From an uncultured Verrucomicrobiae bacterium (GTDB lineage Bacteria > Verrucomicrobiota > Verrucomicrobiia > Chthoniobacterales > JAFAMB01), in NCBI GenBank assembly GCA_963837955.1, contig CAWIPH010000002.1:1696001-1760000 (forward strand): a stretch of 64,000 nt of DNA. The letters run 5' to 3'. The notes beneath the pieces are model-generated. The model searched no databases, was not told the origin of the DNA, and saw only the letters and a program-made list of their open reading frames with translations. Shown one piece after another: positions 58,818 to 64,000 of the stretch; positions within the stretch are counted from its first letter, which is position 1; each line of letters starts with the position of its first letter. A program made the position numbers and the translations under genes.

Positions 58818-60293
58818 GGCCAGGTACTTCTCGCGCAGATACTTAATCCGGTATTTCGCTTGGGTTGGTTCGCCAGTGATCCGAGCCATCAAATCGTTGG
58901 GCAGAAACTTTTTTCCCTGCCGATGCACCTCTGCTCTTAGCCAGGCCAGCAACGGCTGGTATTCTCCTTTGGCCAAGGAATCAGTTAAGCCAGCAACATG
59001 TTGCTCGGCGAAATTCATTAGTTGCGCCGCGTTGAGATTGCCCAATGAATAGGTTGGGAAATACCCCAGAGCACCCATGCTCCAATGAATATCCTGCAAG
59101 ACGCCGAGCCGATCGTTTGGGACTTTCAGCCCAAAGAGATCCTCGAATTTCGAATTCCAGATCTCTGGGAGATCGGGTACGGCGACTTTGCCTTCAATCA
59201 GCGCGAGTTCAATTTCGAAACGAAGAAGCACATGTAAATCGTAAGTGACTTCGTCGGCTTCGACGCGGACGAGCGATGGCTTCACCTTTTGTACTCCTCG
59301 GACGACCTGGTCGATGCTGAATTTTTTGAGGTCGGTGAGATGTTGGGACGCGACCGGATACCATCTCTCCCAGAACGAGCGGCTGCGACCCACGTGATTT
59401 TCCCAAAGTCGTGATTGGGACTCGTGAATCCCAAGTGACACCGCAGAACCAATCGGTGTGCCAAACGCCTCCGGACGCAGACCCTGCTCATACAAAGCAT
59501 GTCCGGTTTCATGTAAAATTCCGTACAGTGAAACCTGGAACAGTTTTTCGTCGTACCGCGTAGTGATCCGATGATCGAAAGGTCCCAACGAAGTAGCGAA
59601 CGGATGGGTGGTTGTGTCGATGCGTCCAGCGCGAAAATCGTAGCCGACTGCCTCGGCGATGATCCGATTGAGCGCTTGCTGTTCGGTAACCGGATAATTC
59701 CCGGTCAGTGATTCGTCCGCTGACTGGCCGCTGATCTGTTGGACCAGACCTTTCAGAGCCGGTTTCAGCTCCGCAAATACCGGGGCGACGTATGCAGCCG
59801 TCGCTCCCGGCTCGAAATCTTCCAGTAAGGCGTCGTAAGGGGAGGTCTTAAAGCCGTACCGGTGGGCTTTTTCGATAGTCATCGCGACCACCTTCTCGAG
59901 ATGGGGCTGAAAAGCGGCAAAGTTCCCAACTTCTCGCGCGTGCTTCCACGCCTCCCGGCTCAAGGCAGTCGTCCTTTCGAACGTCTCGACAAATTCAACC
60001 GGCAGTTTGGTGGCTCGCTCATAGCTGCGACTCCATTCGCGGACATTGACGCCTTCATCGGATTCAGCTGGAAAACCAGCTTCACGACATGACTGCAACC
60101 ACTCTCCGACGACCGGGTCAGTGAAAAGTCCGTGCGCCTTCGCTCCGAGGTAGCTCAGTTGTTCGGCTCGGTATTCTACTCCTTTTGCCGGAAGGTAAGT
60201 TTGCTCATCCCACTCGAGCACCTGGGATGCTGACCTTAGGAGGTTGATCTCTCTGGCGCGATCCAAGAGCTTTTGATACGGGATAGAGTCCAT
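58815..60293 (-). CDS. Thermostable carboxypeptidase 1 (peptidase M32)
   Basis: L.WD...P, YDALL..FEPG, HPF, RITTRY, HETGH, HESQS, RVEADE, QDIHW and GYFPTY.LG. Confidence 0.95.
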   Translation of the reverse strand: MDSIPYQKLLDRAREINLLRSASQVLEWDEQTYLPAKGVEYRAEQLSYLGAKAHGLFTDPVVGEWLQSCREAGFPAESDEGVNVREWSRSYERATKLPVEFVETFERTTALSREAWKHAREVGNFAAFQPHLEKVVAMTIEKAHRYGFKTSPYDALLEDFEPGATAAYVAPVFAELKPALKGLVQQISGQSADESLTGNYPVTEQQALNRIIAEAVGYDFRAGRIDTTTHPFATSLGPFDHRITTRYDEKLFQVSLYGILHETGHALYEQGLRPEAFGTPIGSAVSLGIHESQSRLWENHVGRSRSFWERWYPVASQHLTDLKKFSIDQVVRGVQKVKPSLVRVEADEVTYDLHVLLRFEIELALIEGKVAVPDLPEIWNSKFEDLFGLKVPNDRLGVLQDIHWSMGALGYFPTYSLGNLNAAQLMNFAEQHVAGLTDSLAKGEYQPLLAWLRAEVHRQGKKFLPNDLMARITGEPTQAKYRIKYLREKYLA

Positions 60294-60393
60294 TTGACGA
60301 CGATGAGCCCATCTGATTTCAGGAGCAAACCGGTTTTTATAGAAAGAGATGCCGCTTGCTCTGGCCGTATCGCATGAACTATAAACCGCTCCC

Positions 60394-61395
60394 ATGGAAG
60401 CGATTTTTGGTATCGTTTTCGGGGTCATCGCCTTTCTATTGATCTATTGCCTCCTCGGAGGCGTCTACACCGTCAATCAGAATGAGCGAGCGGTGGTGAC
60501 CAATTTTGGGCGCGCCGAACGCATTGGCAGAAAGACGACGTTAGATCTTCCCATCGCGGAATATCTGACTCCCGAGCAGCGGGAACGGTATGAATATCCG
60601 CAGATTCGCGTGATTGGTTCGGGAGGACCTTATCTGCGGATGCCGTGGCAGCGAGTCCACAAAGTGAGCCTGGCGATACAAACGATCAATGTGGCATATG
60701 ATCCGGATGCTCCCAGCGCCAACGCAAACGGTACTGTTCTAGAGGCGGTAACCAAAGATCAGCTGAATATCGGACTAACCGGGCAAATCCGGTACAAGGT
60801 GAGCGAACAGAATCTTTACGCTTATTTGTTTGGGGTAAAGAAGCCGATTTCTCACGTGCTTGGATACTTCATCTCGATTCTCCGAGAGCGGATCGCCAAA
60901 TACGAAGCGCCGGTCGTGAAAGGCGAAGTGACGGCAACGGAGAAAAGCAGCGAAAGTTTAGCTAAAGCGGGCGTGTCCATTAACGATCTTCGAAAAAATC
61001 TAAACGATTTGAACGAACAAATGGACCGCGAATGCCTTTCGTCGGCGGCGCGGTACGGGATAGTGCTCGATGCTTCACTAATTACCGGGATTGATCCTCC
61101 TCCCGAGATCGAGTCAGCATTGGCTGCGATCAACACGGCGCATAACGAAGTCTCGGCCAACCTGAGTTTGGCGCAGGCGACCGCAGACCAAAAGATCGAG
61201 CAATCGAAACGAGCCGTGGAGATAGAAACAAACCGAGCAGAAGCGGAAGTCCAGCCGTTACGCTGGTTGGCCCAACAGATTACGGAACTAAAACGCAGCG
61301 GCGACACCGCCGTCGCCGCCTACTTGAGAAATGTGCGTCTGGAACTGTTTTCGCGTTCTCGCCGAATCGTGTTGTCCAGAAGGGAGGACCGATGA
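60394..61395 (+). CDS. SPFH/band-7 domain membrane protein 1
   Basis: N-terminal TM helix, YTV.QNERAV...FG, PWQ.V.K and a coiled-coil C-terminus. Confidence 0.85.
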   Translation: MEAIFGIVFGVIAFLLIYCLLGGVYTVNQNERAVVTNFGRAERIGRKTTLDLPIAEYLTPEQRERYEYPQIRVIGSGGPYLRMPWQRVHKVSLAIQTINVAYDPDAPSANANGTVLEAVTKDQLNIGLTGQIRYKVSEQNLYAYLFGVKKPISHVLGYFISILRERIAKYEAPVVKGEVTATEKSSESLAKAGVSINDLRKNLNDLNEQMDRECLSSAARYGIVLDASLITGIDPPPEIESALAAINTAHNEVSANLSLAQATADQKIEQSKRAVEIETNRAEAEVQPLRWLAQQITELKRSGDTAVAAYLRNVRLELFSRSRRIVLSRREDR

Positions 61396-62336
61396 CAGTT
61401 TTTTTAGTCACTTTCGTGTTCTCTTTCATCTTTTGCTGGCTGGCGCTCCCGCTCGCTCTAGGCATCCTGAAGACGATCAATTTTTACACCACCGTTTCGG
61501 AAGGCCGCTACAAAGTGTATCTACTATTTGGGAAGGTGTTAGGCGTTGTCGAAGAACCAGGACTGCATTTGCTTTGGATCGATCTGGGCCCTCAAGCCGC
61601 GCTGGTGCGTTTTTTTGGCCGGGTTTACGAGATCGATCGGCGACTCGATCAGGAGTATCTGCGTAGTAATCCGGTTAACTCCGAAGAAGGGACGCCGATG
61701 GGGGTCGGTGTCTGGTATGAAATGCGAGTGCGAAATCCGGTTGATTTTCTCTTCAAGAACACCGATCCGCGGGGCTCACTGCGGGCCAATGTGGCCAACG
61801 CTACGGTGCGCTCCTTGAGCAACATGCCTTTAGAGAAATTATTGGAGAACCGGCATGAGATGAGTCACGTAGTACGTAAGGAGGTCTCCCCGAAATCCGA
61901 TGAGTGGGGATATCAACTGGGTTCGGTTTATGTCCGGAAAGTTCATTTCCGCGATTCTGAAATGATCCGGCAAATCGAGCACAAAGTGGTGAACCGCTTG
62001 CGGCAAGTCACGTCAGCTATCCGGCAAGCTGGCACGAACCAAGTAGATATCATCACCAGCGCCGCCGAGCGGCAATCAGCCGCAGAATTCGCCCGGGCTC
62101 GTTCGGTCAGACCAAAACTCGTTGGAGAAGCACTACGCGATATCGGACAAGATCCTGAGGTGCTGGACGCGGTATTCGAGACGTTGGAAGTTGATCGGAT
62201 TGTGAAAGGTAATGCAGATGTGACTCTGGTACCCAACGGTCAATACGACACGTTGGTTAGCCTTCTGGCAACCGGGGGGCTCGCCAAGACTGGCACGGAC
62301 CAGCCGGCGGCTCCGAGTTTGCCGCCTCGCATATAA
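61392..62336 (+). CDS. SPFH/band-7 domain membrane protein 2
   Basis: N-terminal TM helix, V...FGKV.....EPGLH, D.R and WG..LGSV..RKV; ATGA overlap with the previous gene. Confidence 0.85.
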   Translation: MTVFLVTFVFSFIFCWLALPLALGILKTINFYTTVSEGRYKVYLLFGKVLGVVEEPGLHLLWIDLGPQAALVRFFGRVYEIDRRLDQEYLRSNPVNSEEGTPMGVGVWYEMRVRNPVDFLFKNTDPRGSLRANVANATVRSLSNMPLEKLLENRHEMSHVVRKEVSPKSDEWGYQLGSVYVRKVHFRDSEMIRQIEHKVVNRLRQVTSAIRQAGTNQVDIITSAAERQSAAEFARARSVRPKLVGEALRDIGQDPEVLDAVFETLEVDRIVKGNADVTLVPNGQYDTLVSLLATGGLAKTGTDQPAAPSLPPRI

Positions 62337-62350
62337 CGATATCACTGTTA

Positions 62351-63157
62351 GTGAAAGATTGGGCAGAATCGAAGATCTCCGAGCTCTTATCTGAGACACT
62401 CTTTTCTCGAGATGGGTTTCGATTCTCAATCGGCATTACTCCGCTGCAGCCGGCGGATTTCTTTGCCAATCACGGCAATTCAGAGATTCTTCGGGAACGA
62501 CAGCGACTTCTGCAAGAGCGACCCAACGAATACGCGCACGCCCTCCAACGAGCGCTCGATTGGGAAACGTTGCTCCGGTCGGTTCACCATTGGGAGCCCG
62601 CCGCATTGACTGAAGATATCAAGACCTTAAGCGCGACCTGGGAACCTGATTTCGTAGTCTTGGACCAAAAAGAGCCAAACCACGTGCTTGGCGGCTGCGT
62701 CTGCTTTCCGTCCGGATGGAGTTTGCCGAAAAAAGTGGGGAAAAGTCTATTTGCCACCCATGCGCCAGTGCCGGGAATGAACGATTTGTTGGCGCCGAAA
62801 ATTAGCCAGTTCGTGTCGCGCCTCGATCTCAAGAGATGTTTTCAAAGGACCAATTGGGGACTGACCGGATCTCCGGCGCTGGATCAGCATCCGTGTAATC
62901 AAATTCCGCCCATCGCAGCCACAGCTAATCCGGTGACGATCGATTTGCGAATTGAATGGCAGGCGCTGATTGGTTTGTCGAACGCTCTGGTTCTGTTTGG
63001 TATCCGGGTCTTTCATGTTCCGTTGCCGCGGATTCGCGCAACTCCCTTATTAGGGGAGCTGTTGGCCGAAAACTTGGCGTCCATGCCGGACGCAGTGGCT
63101 GCATACAAACGGCTAACGGACTGCCGGGCGCACCTAATCAGTTATCTTCGATCCTGA
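62351..63157 (+). CDS. DUF3445 family (heme-dependent oxidative N-demethylase alpha-subunit-like)
   Basis: EPDFVVL, GGCVCFPSGWSL..K.G..L...HAPVP, R.NW, R.EWQ.L and AYKRL. Confidence 0.82.
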   Translation: MKDWAESKISELLSETLFSRDGFRFSIGITPLQPADFFANHGNSEILRERQRLLQERPNEYAHALQRALDWETLLRSVHHWEPAALTEDIKTLSATWEPDFVVLDQKEPNHVLGGCVCFPSGWSLPKKVGKSLFATHAPVPGMNDLLAPKISQFVSRLDLKRCFQRTNWGLTGSPALDQHPCNQIPPIAATANPVTIDLRIEWQALIGLSNALVLFGIRVFHVPLPRIRATPLLGELLAENLASMPDAVAAYKRLTDCRAHLISYLRS

Positions 63158-63304
63158 ACTATGAAACTCGCTCTCAGCGCATGCTTCAGATCGAAGACTC
63201 GCGAGCGAACTGTCAATTGAGTTAACGGATAATCGCCGCTGCCAACGGCCAAACTGATTCCGCGACTTGTTGAACTTCTGAACTCCTTGAACTTCTGTCT
63301 TACC

Positions 63305-63763
63305 GTGCACTCCAAACCTCCACTGCCAATCCCTCCGCCCATTCTTGCCCTACTTCTGTTGCTTTTCAGCAGTGGTTTGATGGCGATTATTCCTTTGACA
63401 TCGATTCCGATTCCGGCCGCTCAAGGAATCGGCGTGATTTTTTTGGTCCTCGGTTTTGCCGTCGGGGCTTCTGGTTTTGCTGCCTTCCGAAAGGTCGGAA
63501 CTCCGGTGCGCCCGGGTGATGAACCGACGCAGCTTGTCACAAATGGTCTATTCCGAATTACTCGCAATCCAATGTATCTCGGCATCGAGCTGGTATTAGT
63601 AAGCGTTTTCTTTCTCACGAAATCAGTCTTTTTTTTGATTCCCCCAGTGGTTTTCTTTCTCTTCATCAACTTTCTTCAGATACCCTTCGAGGAGCAGTTG
63701 ATGTCCGAACATTTCGGGAAGTCCTACGCAGAATACCGGCACCGCGTGCGGAGATGGTTGTAA
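63305..63763 (+). CDS. Isoprenylcysteine carboxyl methyltransferase/PEMT-family membrane protein
   Basis: F...GT...P, LVT.G.FR.TRNPMYLG and I..EE..M...FG..Y..Y...VRRW. Confidence 0.88.
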   Translation: MHSKPPLPIPPPILALLLLLFSSGLMAIIPLTSIPIPAAQGIGVIFLVLGFAVGASGFAAFRKVGTPVRPGDEPTQLVTNGLFRITRNPMYLGIELVLVSVFFLTKSVFFLIPPVVFFLFINFLQIPFEEQLMSEHFGKSYAEYRHRVRRWL

Positions 63764-63789
63764 CCGGGCTCAGCCTGCTCGTGTTTATG

Positions 63790-63838
63790 AACCCGAATGA
63801 ACGCAAATGAGGTTCCCCAGTTCGCGTCCATTCGCGGT
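63790..63838. repeat. Imperfect inverted repeat between convergent genes
   Basis: aacccgaatgaacgcaaatg...ttcgcgtccattcgcggt. Confidence 0.5.
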
Positions 63839-63867
63839 ATTTTAGGAGATCGTGCTTGTGATTCCGA

Positions 63868-63999
63868 TCATTCCGGGATCCGTGGATGACTCGAAGCGAA
63901 ACGCTCATAAGCGTCTTCATCAGCGATCATCGCGGCGAGCGCGGAAAGAATTGGTTCAGCGCGATAAAGCCCGCTGAAAATGGCGGTGTCATCGATCGC
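63868..63999 (-). CDS. C-terminal end of a gene entering from the right edge
   Basis: An open frame AIDDTAIFSGLYRAEPILSALAAMIADEDAYERFASSHPRIPE* runs in from the window edge. Confidence 0.45.
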   Translation of the reverse strand, partial: AIDDTAIFSGLYRAEPILSALAAMIADEDAYERFASSHPRIPE

Positions 64000-64000
64000 A

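Noticed and set aside
1..64000. CRISPR array, rRNA, tRNA or recognisable riboswitch
   Set aside because: I found no regularly spaced identical repeats with unique spacers and no cloverleaf or rRNA signatures by eye. An Infernal/Rfam scan would be needed to exclude structured RNAs.

Overview
Bacterial chromosomal segment of moderate GC content. Its gene style suggests a soil Verrucomicrobiota (Chthoniobacterales-like) genome; this is an inference. From left to right: (1) a polyol ABC substrate-binding gene, FGGY kinase and SorC-family regulator; (2) a ppk1 whose autophosphorylated His is replaced by Arg; (3) gene remnants, a GC-rich orphan fahA and an AaeXAB-like efflux operon; (4) a ~27-kb accessory glycan/envelope island (11.6-38.8 kb); (5) NHEJ genes, with a Pol-Lig LigD that keeps only a phosphoesterase-domain relic, plus ku; (6) a GNAT/desaturase/SMR-EamA pair/ureohydrolase-like cluster associated with composite palindromic repeats; (7) ilvA, an SDR, a DUF3142 plus TPR-like pair, peroxiredoxin-acnA-DUF5069, a USP, an M32 carboxypeptidase, an SPFH pair, DUF3445 and an ICMT-like gene. 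The island encodes two paralogous secreted phosphoesterases, two paralogous GH-A-like proteins, TolC plus a membrane-fusion protein with no inner-membrane pump, a Wzx flippase, a TPR membrane protein, a 1113-aa jelly-roll/GT-C fusion, GT2, GT4, two AlkP-superfamily enzymes and a PAPS supply (cysD, cysNC), but no recognisable sulfotransferase, Wza or Wzc. It is the best candidate for an undescribed system: a putative sulfated glycan synthesis and export pathway. I saw no rRNA, tRNA or CRISPR array. All calls come from reading motifs by eye; no database searches were run.
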